A stretch of 64,000 bases of DNA from Candidatus Bathyarchaeota archaeon (GTDB lineage Archaea > Thermoproteota > Bathyarchaeia > 40CM-2-53-6 > RBG-13-38-9). A program made the position numbers and the translations under genes. Where the stretch lies: NCBI GenBank assembly GCA_963807605.1, contig CAWECG010000003.1, positions 352,001 to 416,000 of the forward strand. The letters run 5' to 3'. Shown here piece by piece: positions 18,173 to 29,021 of this stretch. The first letter of the stretch is position 1. Every line of letters starts with the position of its first letter. Under the pieces are notes generated by a model. That model was not told the DNA's origin. It saw nothing but the letters and a program-made list of their open reading frames with translations, and made no database searches.

Positions 18173-21100
18173 TTGACCGAGGCTCTTAGAGAAACACTAA
18201 CCTGGTTGTTTCTTTGTGCACCCATCATTCAAGAGCTTGGAAGTTCTGTCCTCAAAGACTTAGGAATAGCGCTGTCGGCTGATCAACTACCACACGTAGT
18301 CGAGAAGATAGCTGACCACGTCCGACCTCGAACACCATCAACGATTTTCAAAAGCGCTTTCAAGAAATCGGTAAAGCAACTGAGGAAAAAATGGAAAACA
18401 GAAACTATCAAAGATCTGGACAGAATGACCGAGAACATATGGAAGAATGTACGAGACTTAGTCAACAGTATGACTATCGATGAAATCATTGGTGACAAGC
18501 CGAAAATTATTCTACGACGAGCAATTGAGATCGCAGACGTCAAATTGGATGATGCTGAGTATGAAGAGCTTTTTCTTACTCTGAAACGTGGCCTTTCCGA
18601 CGAAATCGTCTCGCATGAGGATTCATTTCGAGAAATCGTTCTCCAGTCACTACAGGTAATGAATGAAAATCTGAGTCTCACAAGGCAGTTTACAGGGCAA
18701 GGAAGGTTACGAGTGTATCGTTCCCTCGAATCCCTCAAGTTAGGCTTCGATGCTTTGCTCGGTGGACGGATCGAGGTTATAGAAAGGGATGACGCTAGAA
18801 AGCTGGCTGAGGAATTAGCGAAGAAGAAGCTAAAGGTAGTTGTGGAAGGACCACCATTTATTGGAAAGTCATGCGTCGCCTATTTAGTGGCGAAACATTG
18901 GATAGCAAAAGGAAAATCCGTCGCGATGATTCGAGGAGAGATGCTACCGGCAGACATTAAGATTCTTCAAGAAAATCAAGATCTTCTCTTGATTATTGAT
19001 TCCTCTAACTTAGGTCTATCCTGGAGCGATGTGCCCAGTCAAATAGAAATCGCTAACAGAGCTCTAGTGGTGAGAAGGTTTGGAGATCCTCGAGGTATTA
19101 ATGTAAATGATGTCAGAGACTATCTGGATAGTTTCGAGTACACGGCAAATATTTCCGAGAAACTCGGTGTATCCAAGATAAGACTTAGGCTCGGGCAAGA
19201 GCTTCGTATGGATCTCGTGATTGCGTCACTCTCAAAAGAGTTCGCAATAGTGATTAGTGACGAATTAAGTGAAGACTTTTCGAGAATCTGTAAAGGGCCG
19301 GGTTTTGAGCCTATACCCGGATTAGCCAGGCTTCTTTTCATCTTCTTGAAGAAATTAATCGATCAAGGCTCGGTTAGATCCCCTGTCTTGGCTACTGATG
19401 TAGAATACGCAATGATAACTCTCAGCAAGCTATCCAAGTATGAAGCAATGATAAAGCAGTTACTTTCCTGGCTAGGTGATGACATAGTCGACTTTTTGGT
19501 GACTCTCAAGTTTCTGCAACCATACTTAGGCTATTCCAATGTCTTCCTAAAAGAAACGGTAGAATCCACACATCACGCGTATCACAAGAAACCACTTGAA
19601 GAACGGATCCTAAGGGATTTGAAAAGGTTAAGCATTCTCATGGACGTCGGCGACGCCCCCTTCTACTTACTTTGGCATGGTTTTTTGGCGGATGTTGTGG
19701 AGCTGCAAACTTCCCATGCCAAACTTATACTCACAATCAAAGACTTGACCTCCGATTTGGAAAAAATCCTCTCTACAACCCCCACTAACAACCTCCTCAG
19801 ACTAGATACGGGAAGAATCGAGTGGGATGTTGATCCAAAAGAAGCGATACGAAACCTGAAGAGATGTATGACTGTTTTCGAAATTAGATTCGTAGCAGGA
19901 GAATTTCTTGCGGTCAAAATCCTAGATTCTTTAGATCTGGATGATCTCGAAAGGTCTGGAGAGTCGATGCAAAAATACTTTGAACTGCTCGGCGACGATG
20001 AGTATGGAAATGAGATCAAAATCAATGTTTTGAGTACGCTTCCACTGTTGGTCGGCTCAACGAATCTGATAGAGTATCTTGCCCGCGTGAATAAAATCGC
20101 CCTTCACACCATTCAAAAAATGCCAGAGCCCCAAGATGGACTTCATAATTTCTATTCAATGTGTATCGCAAAGATCATTGAATCATCAACCTTAAATGAT
20201 GCAGTTAAAGAGAACTACATCGGCCATGTTGACAACATGGCAATCCAAGCTTTCGAGGGGATTCCAAACCCCGAATCAGGGTTCATGAACTACTTTTCAA
20301 TGCGGATCTCGAAGACAGCAAGCCCGAAAAGTATCAGTTTAGAAAATAAGAAACGCTGGATAAGCTACCTCAACAATAAAGCATTAGAGGTTATCCACAG
20401 AAGATCTAACCCTGACAATATGCTGTGGAACTACTATTCACTGGCTATCTCGCATATAGCTACATCGAAGTTCATCGAGGAACAGGACAAGGATCTGTGG
20501 GTGGCCTATGTAGACAATATGGCAACCCAAGTTTTCAGTAGCTTGCGGAATCCTTTGGAACACTTTTCTAACTACTATTCAATGTGTATCGCAAAGATAA
20601 TTGAACTTACAACCATAGCAAATGAAGATAAGGAGAAATTGACAATTCATTTAGACAGGAAAATCTTCCAGAAAGTCCAAGAGAGACCTAATCCCGAAGA
20701 TATGGTATCAGACTATTATGCTGGGTGCATTATCCATGTAATCGAATCTCAATTGCTCCAGAATGAAGAGAAGGAACAATGGATAAATTGGATCGAGATG
20801 ATGGCTAATAGGACATTCGAGAAAATGACGAATCGGGAAATACTATTCGCCGTCTTCTATTCAATGTCCATCGTAAAGACTGCAGGCTCCCCATTGGTTA
20901 AGGATAAAGACAAGGAAGATTGGGCAGTTAGAATCTTAATTAGGGCAGAAGAAACGGGACACTTTTCAGATATGATGATACTCAAAACACTGACCGAACT
21001 TGCGCTGCACAGGATATCTCTTGACAGTCTTTGGCAGATGATGATAGCGAGAACATTAAGAAAGGAAGAGCTACGATTCTCTCTTGAACTAATGATACAA

Positions 21101-21175
21101 CAATTTGGAGATTATGCAGGTCTCGACACTAGTGAACCCCTAAGAATTGTGAGACAAATGTTCGGTCCTATGTAG
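18173..21175 (+). CDS. large P-loop (STAND-like) NTPase with C-terminal 47-aa helical repeats
   Basis: Walker A VVVEGPPFIGKS, Walker B-like LLLIID, and about six 47-aa repeats (NP.....NYYSMCIAKIIE). Confidence 0.7.
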   Translation: MTEALRETLTWLFLCAPIIQELGSSVLKDLGIALSADQLPHVVEKIADHVRPRTPSTIFKSAFKKSVKQLRKKWKTETIKDLDRMTENIWKNVRDLVNSMTIDEIIGDKPKIILRRAIEIADVKLDDAEYEELFLTLKRGLSDEIVSHEDSFREIVLQSLQVMNENLSLTRQFTGQGRLRVYRSLESLKLGFDALLGGRIEVIERDDARKLAEELAKKKLKVVVEGPPFIGKSCVAYLVAKHWIAKGKSVAMIRGEMLPADIKILQENQDLLLIIDSSNLGLSWSDVPSQIEIANRALVVRRFGDPRGINVNDVRDYLDSFEYTANISEKLGVSKIRLRLGQELRMDLVIASLSKEFAIVISDELSEDFSRICKGPGFEPIPGLARLLFIFLKKLIDQGSVRSPVLATDVEYAMITLSKLSKYEAMIKQLLSWLGDDIVDFLVTLKFLQPYLGYSNVFLKETVESTHHAYHKKPLEERILRDLKRLSILMDVGDAPFYLLWHGFLADVVELQTSHAKLILTIKDLTSDLEKILSTTPTNNLLRLDTGRIEWDVDPKEAIRNLKRCMTVFEIRFVAGEFLAVKILDSLDLDDLERSGESMQKYFELLGDDEYGNEIKINVLSTLPLLVGSTNLIEYLARVNKIALHTIQKMPEPQDGLHNFYSMCIAKIIESSTLNDAVKENYIGHVDNMAIQAFEGIPNPESGFMNYFSMRISKTASPKSISLENKKRWISYLNNKALEVIHRRSNPDNMLWNYYSLAISHIATSKFIEEQDKDLWVAYVDNMATQVFSSLRNPLEHFSNYYSMCIAKIIELTTIANEDKEKLTIHLDRKIFQKVQERPNPEDMVSDYYAGCIIHVIESQLLQNEEKEQWINWIEMMANRTFEKMTNREILFAVFYSMSIVKTAGSPLVKDKDKEDWAVRILIRAEETGHFSDMMILKTLTELALHRISLDSLWQMMIARTLRKEELRFSLELMIQQFGDYAGLDTSEPLRIVRQMFGPM

Positions 21176-21212
21176 ATGTGGTCAGAGAGTTCAGTCACCC
21201 AGTATGACAGAC

Positions 21213-21283
21213 CGACGGGATACTAACCCGCGATAACACATGGGTTAACTTCTTGATCTGAAGTCATCGGAGCAACGCGCGCG
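21213..21283 (+). repeat. cassette-boundary direct repeat, copy 2 of 4 (long form)
   Basis: CGACGGGATACTAACCCGCGATAACACATGGGTTAACTTCTTGATCTGAAGTCATCGGAGCAACGCGCGCG. Confidence 0.9.
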
Positions 21284-21410
21284 ATTCTGTGAGAATTCAT
21301 TAGGATTTTTGAAAGTAGCTTACTCTGTGTCCTTACTGTTGGGTCGATAGCAGCACGCGTGCTCAAAGCGATCGTGATTATGTTTAGACCTGAGATTTCT
21401 TTCTTTATTG

Positions 21411-24400
21411 TCAGTGTAGTATTTGAGCAACTTTAGTTACTTGTTCTGGGTAGAACTTTACAAGCAAGCTACATACAACATCAGCAGCTTCAAGATATTG
21501 CGCACATGGCATAAGAAGTAGTTTGAACTTTTCTCTATTACCTGTTTCGGCAACTGCTTCGGCCACTCTAACCAGATGCGTGGCACGGTCGGTCAAGATA
21601 TTCCCGGTCGTAAGTAATGCCTCCTCTACCAACCCCCTCGTTGCTTGAGCTCTGGCAATTTCTGCAAGAGCCGGAACTCGGAACATTTCATCATCCATAT
21701 GTTTTGCAGCGTTGATCGCCTGTTCGAATTCACCTTTCCTTACGTAGGCTTCTACGATGGGTTCAAAGGAAGATTGCCCAAAGATATGTTCTTGTTTGGC
21801 AATAATGATCGCTTGTTCATACGGACCAATTTCAGCTTGCGCTCTAATGATATCTTTAAAAATCAAAAGACGTTCTAAGTCGCCAGTTCTTTTTGCGTTG
21901 GTGATTGCCTCTTCAAGTAGTCTATTTGCTGCTTCTTTTTGACCTGATTTAGCCTGAGCTACAGCAATATCTACGAGAGCTGAAAGGCGTGATAGCACCC
22001 CATCCATACTTTCTGTAATAGCTGTTGCTTCTCCAAGAAACCTATGCGCGTCATCCTTTCGATTCAGTTCAGCTTGAGCACATGCAATATCTGCAAGAGC
22101 TTCAGCGTGTGACCAGGCGGCACTTATCTGTTTTGCAATGGTGATTGCTTCCTCAAGTAGTCTATTTGCTGCTTCTTTTTGACCTGATTTAGCCTGAGCT
22201 ACTGCAATGTCCGTAAGTGTTAATACTCGTGATGTTGCGTCGTCTATTTGATTCGCCGTATCTACCGCTCGTGCAAACTCATTCATCCGATTCAGGGCCA
22301 CTACGATATTCTTCAAAGTGAAAGTCCGGATCCATTCGTCGCCTATATGTTTCTCGATACTAGCAACTTCCTCAATAGACTCGCGGGCTGCTTCTTTCTG
22401 ACCTGCTTTGGCTTGGGCGGCAGCAATAGATGCGAGGGACGCCGCTCTTTGCGGCTCATTCTCAATAATAGCCGTGGTACTACTCGCTTGCGATAACTCG
22501 TCCGTTTCTGCTTGAGCTATTGCAATGATTGTGAGAGCAGAATCGCGCGACGATGCATCATCTATATTCTTGGCAATTGAGCTTGCTTTCTCAAGAAGCC
22601 GGTGCGCTCCATCTTTTTGATCCAATCTAGCTTGAGCTACGGCAACGAAAGACAAGGCAACTACTCGTGATCGCATATCATCTATTCTTTCTGTAATGGT
22701 GATTGCTTCCTCAAGTAGTCTATTTGCTGCTTCTTTTTGACCTGATTTAGCCTGAGCTACTGCAATGGTTGCAAGAGCCCAACCACGTTCCCCATCATTT
22801 TTTATTTGTTTTGCGGTAGCAATAACTTCTTCAAGAAGCTCACGGGTTCCCACTTTATGATCCAATTCTGCCAAGGAGTTTGAAATGGCATCGATAGCTG
22901 AAGCACGTCCCTTGTCACCATTTATTCGTTCCAAGGTCATAATCACCTGCTCAAACTTACCCACTTTTATTTGAGCTGTTGCGATTTTTTTGAGCGCTGA
23001 GACTCGCCACGGTGCACGGTCTATCATTTCTTCAATCTTAATGGCTTCTTTGAGGAGTCTATCTACCATCTCTTTCTGGTGCTTCCTGGTTTCAGATCCG
23101 GCGATTCGTGCAAGATATGAAACGGTTTCCCATCTGTCAGCTGCCTGTCTTGTGGTGGCGATCGCCTGCTCAATCTCACCTCTGTCTGCCTGAGCCCTTG
23201 CGATGGATTCAAGAATTGCCCTTCGGGCGAAAATCCGTCCCTCTGCTCTATTCTCCTGTTTGGCAATAGTGATCGCCTGGGGAAACTCACCTTTCTTTAC
23301 TAGAACTTCTACGATATCTCCAAGTGCGGAAGACTTTTCCAATTGAGCATCTATCTGTTTTGCAGTTACGATAGCTTGCTCAATCTCACCTCTTTCAGCC
23401 TGGGCTTGGGCCATGAACAAAAGGGTGAGATCCTGCTGGGACCCCATCTCTTTAGCGAAGGCGATCGCTTGTTCAGACTCACCTATCTCTGCTTGAGCCC
23501 ACGCCAAATTTTGAAAAATCAAGTTTCCAGAATGCACATCGTCTATCTGTTTGGCGGTAGCGATAGCTTCTTGGAGGATCTTATGAGCTTCTTCCTTCTG
23601 GCCCGTTCTTGCTTGAGCTTTCGCGATTTCGGCAAAAGCAAAAACTTGAGAATCTTTATCATCTATCTGTTTTGCGTTAGCTATGGCTTCTTCGAGCACT
23701 TTATGCGCTTCTTCGTTCTGGCCTGATCCTGTTTGAGCTTTCGCGATTTCGGCAAGAGCTCTAACTCGTATTACCCCTTTTTCTATTCTACTTGCTGTAG
23801 TAGTTGCTTGCTTAAACTCGCCTCTTCTTATTTGGTCTTCTACGATGGACTCAAAAGCAGAAGATCTTTCCTGCACATCATCTATCTGTGCTGCGGTGAC
23901 CATTGCTTGTTCAAACTCATCCCTTTCCAATTGGATCTTTACGATCGATTCGAGGATTGAGGCCTGAATTGAAACTCGTTTCTGTTCGTCGTTTATCTCT
24001 CTTGCATAGGTAATCGCTTGTTCGAACTCATCCCTTCTTAGTTGAGCCAGTATGACAGATTGAAGAGCGGAAGATCGTTCTACACTATCTATTTGTTTTG
24101 CAGTGGTTATTGCCTGCTTAAACTCGCCCATTTCTGCTTGAGTGTCTACGATGCTTGAAAGAGCGGATGATCGTTTCCACTTATCGTGTATCTGTTTCGC
24201 GGTGCCAATAGCTTCTTCAAGAAGCTCACGGGCTTCCTCTTTGCGGCCTAATGCTGCTAGGGCTTTTGCAATGTCAGCGATAGCTGAAGCACGTTTCGTT
24301 AGGTCTTCTATTTGTTTTGCAGTGGTTATTGCCTGCTTAAACTCGCCCATTCTAAACTGAGCTTCTGCTATGCCTGTGAGTGCAAAAGCACGGTGCCATT

Positions 24401-27400
24401 CATTATCAATCTGTTTTGCCAGAGTGATCGCATGCCCGACGTCGCCTTTTTTCATGAGCATTCTTGCAATTGAAGCAAAAACTGAGGGCAAGCTTGAAGC
24501 CCACACCATTTGGTTGTCTATTTGACTCACGGCGGCAATTGCTTGGTCAAACTTACCTTCTCTTGCTTCAGTCTCTGCAATACCTGCGAGAGCCCAACCA
24601 CGCCTCCAATCATCTTCTATTTGTTTTGCAGTGGTTATTGCCTGCTTAAACTCGCCCATTTCTGCTTGAGTGTCTACGATGCTTGAAAGAGCGGATGATC
24701 GTTTCCACTTATCGTGTATCTGTTTCGCGGTGCCAATAGCTTCTTCAAGAAGCTCACGGGCTTCCTCTTTGCGGCCTAATGCTGCTAGGGCTTTTGCAAT
24801 GTCAGCGATAGCTGAAGCACGCGATCTCTTATCATCAATCTGCTTTGCATTAGCCAAAGCCTTTAGAAGGAAGCTGCCAGCAACCTCACCCTCGCCCAAT
24901 TCTACCATGGCTTCAGTTACATCTGCAAGAGTCATGGTGCCTTCCGCTGTGTCAAGTAATTGCCTTACAGCGGCGATAGCTTCTTCAAGAAGCTCACGGG
25001 CTTCCTCTTTGCGGCCTAATGCTGCTAGGGCTTTTGCAATGTCAGCGATAGCTGAAGCACGCGATCTCTTATCATCTATCTGTTTTGCATTAGCTATGGC
25101 TTCTTCGAGCACTTTATGCGCTTCTTCCTTCTGGCCTGATCCTGTTTGAGCTTTCGCGATCTTTACTAGAGTTGAAACTCGTGGCTCTTTGCTATCGATT
25201 CGTCCAGCAGTAGCGATAGCTCGCTCAAACTCCATCTTCTCGATGTAAGCTTTTGTGACGGATTCAAATGCCAGTTCACGGGCTGGTTCGTCATCTGCCT
25301 GATCTATGGTGGCTATAGCCTCCTCAAGCTTACCCTCTTTTATATGAGCTACTACAATGCTGTGAAGAGCTGAAGCTTGCCAAGATTCTTCATGCGCTAT
25401 CCTTGCCAACTTTACAGCTTTGCCAAAGAGTGCGGGAGTTGACAGATACTTTGTGTTGGTACTTGACTGCAAATCGCCTAGTAGGCTCTTGACGAGTTCA
25501 GAAATAACATCGGACTGAATATCATGCAGCTTAAGTAACAGGCAGAAAGCACATAAACCCTGCCACCCTGATAGGCTCGTAAGTTCTTTAAGACTTAGAC
25601 GCTCAAGCGTTTGGATCGCTTGATTGTTAAGCCTTTTTTCTTTCAGCGCCCAAGCTAACAGCAAATACCATAGGCTGCAGTATTCAATTTCTAACAAGTC
25701 GGCCAACTGCCAAGCTCGCTGCAGGTTTCCCATCCTTAGAGCTTGCAAGGGAGTCTCCTCAGTAGTTCCAAGCTTCTGTCTGGCATGTAGTATTGAGAAT
25801 TCCACCATACTCGCTGCGTCATCACTTCTAATAGCGGCAACGAGCGCCATCTGAATAGTTCGTAAGGTGACAGTCGGTTCGTCAATCAGAGTCTCTTTTT
25901 GCGCTGATGCAAAGGCATTATCTCTTGCAAGTTTGTAAAGAGCATCGATTTGATTCTCTTCCAGCAAATGCTCTGCATAATGTCTCATTGCATAGCTGCT
26001 TTTGCTCTCTCTCCAGTTGGCACAGTATTCTAGTAGTTTCTGACGATAGCTTTGTGCGTCTCTTTCACTGAAGGCATAACGTCGGTATCCCTCAGCAATC
26101 GCAGAATGAGAATAAAAGTAGAAATTTAGGTTATTCTCTCTTTCTATGGTTAGCCACCTTCTCACTTCCCATGGCAGGCTAACAAAATCCCGTTTGCGAA
26201 GCCCTGTTAGCTCCATAAGATCACTTTCAGAAAGTCGGCTCTTCGCAAATGCTAGTATGCATAAAGCTTCATCCCACTCCTGCCGTACCTTGCCAGCATT
26301 GGCAATTTGAGCCACGAAGTCTTCGAATTTGGACGGCAGCTTGTCGATTATTTCTCTCCAATGTTGTTCATTTGTCTGCTTGAGTTCTTCTGTCAGATGT
26401 CGGAGATAGATGGCTAATCCACCTGTGATTTTCAATAGTTGGCTGACAAATGCAGCATCTTCTGCTTTTGTCTTGAGTCTCTCGTTTCCAGATATCAGCA
26501 GAAGTTCTTTTACTGCAGCAGCGCCCAGCTCAGGTAGAAGGAAGTTCTTCATGGATTGCAGGCCTAGCTGGTCACACAATTTCCGTGTTGTAGCCTCACC
26601 TTCTGTGGCACGTGCTGTGAATATCACTACTGAATTTTCGCCCAATGTCTCAGGAAACAGGCCTTTTCGGAAGGCAAACTCACCGGGGTGTTGCGCATCG
26701 CGCGCTTCGTCTAGCCCATCGACAATAATGACTAATCTTGAAGGATGAGGGTTCGAAAGCACACTGGTGATTATTGCACGCAGTTTCAGCGGTTCGCTTT
26801 CCCATATCTCACCAGTCATGTTATGAACACGTAAAAGCTGTTCACTCAAACATGCAAGAAAGCCGTTGAAATCTTCCGTGCCCCACTTGGAACTAAGAAA
26901 GTGGTAGCACATCTTCAAATCATTTTTTTGTGATGCCAGGGAATTCAGCCAGTGCGCCATAAGGGAAGACTTGCCACCACCAGCAGGAGACGTGGTCAAA
27001 AGGTAACCAGTACCTGAAAGCACGAATTGATTCAGCCTAAAAATTGAATCCTCCCGACCGACAAACGGTGTCCTTTCGGTCAATTCACGCAGTACGCGCT
27101 CATCATGCTGTCGTCGCCTATACTCTACAGTCTCCCCCTCTTGTATAAACCGCCCACTAGTCAGTTCTTTCAGATCTTCGATCGTATGTGCTATCCTGTT
27201 AAGTGCCTCTGATCGCTCATGACTGATCTCCTCCATGCGGCTAATCCCTTCATGGACCAACGACAGCAATTGGACAACTGACTGAGCAAGTTGCGCAAGA
27301 AGACTAGGCACAGTCGCCAGAGTATTCAGCCTAAGCTTCAATTCATCAAACTCCTGTCGCTGTTCTTCAGTAAGGTCGGTCAAACGTATTTTCAACTTGT

Positions 27401-28085
27401 CAAGCAATTCCACGGTTTGGAGTAAGAATGAGCGTTGAAAATCGATCCAAGCTCGGCTATATTGCGGATTTTTGATGATTTCAGCCAGTGACGTCTCTAG
27501 GTTTTGCAGGAGGTTGTCCTTTAGGAAGTTGCGCAAGCCTTGGGGCATGGTCTGTACGCCACCCCAGGTGAGCAGCATCTGTTCAGTTAAGCGCCACTGC
27601 GACTCTTCTGCGTCTTCTCCATTTGCCATTGTCAGAATTTCATTGAGCTTCAAATCTCCCAAAAAGAACTCGTCGAGTGTCTGCTCATCGTGTTTAGCTT
27701 GCTTCAACTTGTTAAGCCATACGTCAAAGAGGCGCTCCTCCATATCGGTGAGCCGCTTGCTTCGAACCAAGCGCTTTTTGACTCCTTGCTTGGCTCGAAA
27801 TTCTTTTCGCTTGTTTCTGATTGCCATTGATAGAGCTGCTGCCATGGCTCGTTGAATATCATGATTTGGGGGTACCGAAATCTCCTTGGCAAGATCTTCA
27901 ACAAGATCGGCAGAGATTCCGCTGAAGATGCCGGCACCTGCTTGGGCATAGCCTTCTATTATCATGCTCAGTGCTCCACCAGCCAAATTGCCCAAGATGC
28001 TGCCGATGGGACCGACAGCTGCAGCGCAACTCACTGAAGCGATCAATCTGAGCGCATTTCGAAAGGAGTAATGCACAGATCTCAC
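21411..28085 (-). CDS. NACHT/STAND NTPase with a very long TPR-like solenoid (NLR/Avs-like), 2224 aa
   Basis: FVGRE, Walker A SPAGGGKS, Walker B IIVDGLDE, GGLAIYL, wHTH YSH..IAE, then about 1300 aa of A...AKQIDD...R..AL..IA repeats. Confidence 0.85.
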   Translation of the reverse strand: MRSVHYSFRNALRLIASVSCAAAVGPIGSILGNLAGGALSMIIEGYAQAGAGIFSGISADLVEDLAKEISVPPNHDIQRAMAAALSMAIRNKRKEFRAKQGVKKRLVRSKRLTDMEERLFDVWLNKLKQAKHDEQTLDEFFLGDLKLNEILTMANGEDAEESQWRLTEQMLLTWGGVQTMPQGLRNFLKDNLLQNLETSLAEIIKNPQYSRAWIDFQRSFLLQTVELLDKLKIRLTDLTEEQRQEFDELKLRLNTLATVPSLLAQLAQSVVQLLSLVHEGISRMEEISHERSEALNRIAHTIEDLKELTSGRFIQEGETVEYRRRQHDERVLRELTERTPFVGREDSIFRLNQFVLSGTGYLLTTSPAGGGKSSLMAHWLNSLASQKNDLKMCYHFLSSKWGTEDFNGFLACLSEQLLRVHNMTGEIWESEPLKLRAIITSVLSNPHPSRLVIIVDGLDEARDAQHPGEFAFRKGLFPETLGENSVVIFTARATEGEATTRKLCDQLGLQSMKNFLLPELGAAAVKELLLISGNERLKTKAEDAAFVSQLLKITGGLAIYLRHLTEELKQTNEQHWREIIDKLPSKFEDFVAQIANAGKVRQEWDEALCILAFAKSRLSESDLMELTGLRKRDFVSLPWEVRRWLTIERENNLNFYFYSHSAIAEGYRRYAFSERDAQSYRQKLLEYCANWRESKSSYAMRHYAEHLLEENQIDALYKLARDNAFASAQKETLIDEPTVTLRTIQMALVAAIRSDDAASMVEFSILHARQKLGTTEETPLQALRMGNLQRAWQLADLLEIEYCSLWYLLLAWALKEKRLNNQAIQTLERLSLKELTSLSGWQGLCAFCLLLKLHDIQSDVISELVKSLLGDLQSSTNTKYLSTPALFGKAVKLARIAHEESWQASALHSIVVAHIKEGKLEEAIATIDQADDEPARELAFESVTKAYIEKMEFERAIATAGRIDSKEPRVSTLVKIAKAQTGSGQKEEAHKVLEEAIANAKQIDDKRSRASAIADIAKALAALGRKEEARELLEEAIAAVRQLLDTAEGTMTLADVTEAMVELGEGEVAGSFLLKALANAKQIDDKRSRASAIADIAKALAALGRKEEARELLEEAIGTAKQIHDKWKRSSALSSIVDTQAEMGEFKQAITTAKQIEDDWRRGWALAGIAETEAREGKFDQAIAAVSQIDNQMVWASSLPSVFASIARMLMKKGDVGHAITLAKQIDNEWHRAFALTGIAEAQFRMGEFKQAITTAKQIEDLTKRASAIADIAKALAALGRKEEARELLEEAIGTAKQIHDKWKRSSALSSIVDTQAEMGEFKQAITTAKQIDSVERSSALQSVILAQLRRDEFEQAITYAREINDEQKRVSIQASILESIVKIQLERDEFEQAMVTAAQIDDVQERSSAFESIVEDQIRRGEFKQATTTASRIEKGVIRVRALAEIAKAQTGSGQNEEAHKVLEEAIANAKQIDDKDSQVFAFAEIAKAQARTGQKEEAHKILQEAIATAKQIDDVHSGNLIFQNLAWAQAEIGESEQAIAFAKEMGSQQDLTLLFMAQAQAERGEIEQAIVTAKQIDAQLEKSSALGDIVEVLVKKGEFPQAITIAKQENRAEGRIFARRAILESIARAQADRGEIEQAIATTRQAADRWETVSYLARIAGSETRKHQKEMVDRLLKEAIKIEEMIDRAPWRVSALKKIATAQIKVGKFEQVIMTLERINGDKGRASAIDAISNSLAELDHKVGTRELLEEVIATAKQIKNDGERGWALATIAVAQAKSGQKEAANRLLEEAITITERIDDMRSRVVALSFVAVAQARLDQKDGAHRLLEKASSIAKNIDDASSRDSALTIIAIAQAETDELSQASSTTAIIENEPQRAASLASIAAAQAKAGQKEAARESIEEVASIEKHIGDEWIRTFTLKNIVVALNRMNEFARAVDTANQIDDATSRVLTLTDIAVAQAKSGQKEAANRLLEEAITIAKQISAAWSHAEALADIACAQAELNRKDDAHRFLGEATAITESMDGVLSRLSALVDIAVAQAKSGQKEAANRLLEEAITNAKRTGDLERLLIFKDIIRAQAEIGPYEQAIIIAKQEHIFGQSSFEPIVEAYVRKGEFEQAINAAKHMDDEMFRVPALAEIARAQATRGLVEEALLTTGNILTDRATHLVRVAEAVAETGNREKFKLLLMPCAQYLEAADVVCSLLVKFYPEQVTKVAQILH
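24088..24821. repeat. identical ~206-bp intragenic duplication (24088-24293 and 24616-24821)
   Basis: Two blocks offset by 528 bp that match by eye; a third partial copy lies near 24976-25080. Confidence 0.85.
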
Positions 28086-28250
28086 CTTCTATCCAGAAAC
28101 TGCCCTTATAGCTGCACTGCGATATTTCGCAGTTCTAGAATAAAACTCATGACTCTTTTCATGACATATAAAACAATGGCTCTCACTATCCGTGCTAGAG
28201 CCCGCCAGACGGCATAGGCGAAAATGGCACACCTTCTGATATGGAGAACT

Positions 28251-28289
28251 CGACGGGATACTAGCCCGCGATAACGCAAGGGTTCAACT
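28251..28289 (+). repeat. cassette-boundary direct repeat, copy 3 of 4
   Basis: CGACGGGATACTAGCCCGCGATAACGCAAGGGTTCAACT, 14 nt from the stop codon of the HAD gene. Confidence 0.9.
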
Positions 28290-28303
28290 ACCAGAGTGTC
28301 CAT

Positions 28304-29020
28304 TCACTTGGAGCTTCCAGATAAACCTCGGTTAAGGTCGCTTCGTTGTCTCATTTCTTGGAACAATCTAGTCCTTTTGAGATCAGATATATGTGGGATG
28401 ATGGCATCAACGTAATTTTGACTGTTTTCAACAATACATCGTAGTCTCTCTTCGACTAGAATAGATCTCATGTTAAGAATTGCACCGCCAAGTATGTCAG
28501 TTCTTATCTTGTCGCCAACAACGACCGCATTTTGCGGCGTGATTTTGAGCTTGTCTAAAGCCAGTTTGAAGATTCTTGGGTCTGGTTTCAAATATCCTAC
28601 GTCACACGAAAAAATAATTACTTCAAATCGTTCCCGGAGTTCTAATAAGTCCAATATATAGTGGCTGGTGGGCGGGGTATTTGAAATTAGGGCTAATTTC
28701 ATTCCTTCGCCGCGCAAATCGTCGAGGATTTCCGATGCCCCAGGCTCAAGCTTAGCATGTTGGACGCTATTCATCCAAGCTGTTTGAACTTTGTGGCTGA
28801 GAGCCGCATCCCCCATTGGATTTACAACTCGATCGAAACGTTTTAGGAAATCTTGCATATTCTGTCTCGGGAATTTGTCGCAGAGTCTGTATATCACAGA
28901 CCTTACTTGTTCTGTACTAGCATACTCAAGAAGTTCAGCCAGACAGCGCTCCTCGTCAAATTCGTCCGGAATTGACATCAAAGTATTCCCAAGATCGAAT
29001 ATCCAAGCGGAGATTCCCAT
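28304..29020 (-). CDS. HAD-superfamily hydrolase
   Basis: FDLGNTL, LISNT, KPDPRIF, VGDKIRTDI. Confidence 0.9.
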   Translation of the reverse strand: MGISAWIFDLGNTLMSIPDEFDEERCLAELLEYASTEQVRSVIYRLCDKFPRQNMQDFLKRFDRVVNPMGDAALSHKVQTAWMNSVQHAKLEPGASEILDDLRGEGMKLALISNTPPTSHYILDLLELRERFEVIIFSCDVGYLKPDPRIFKLALDKLKITPQNAVVVGDKIRTDILGGAILNMRSILVEERLRCIVENSQNYVDAIIPHISDLKRTRLFQEMRQRSDLNRGLSGSSK

Positions 29021-29021
29021 A

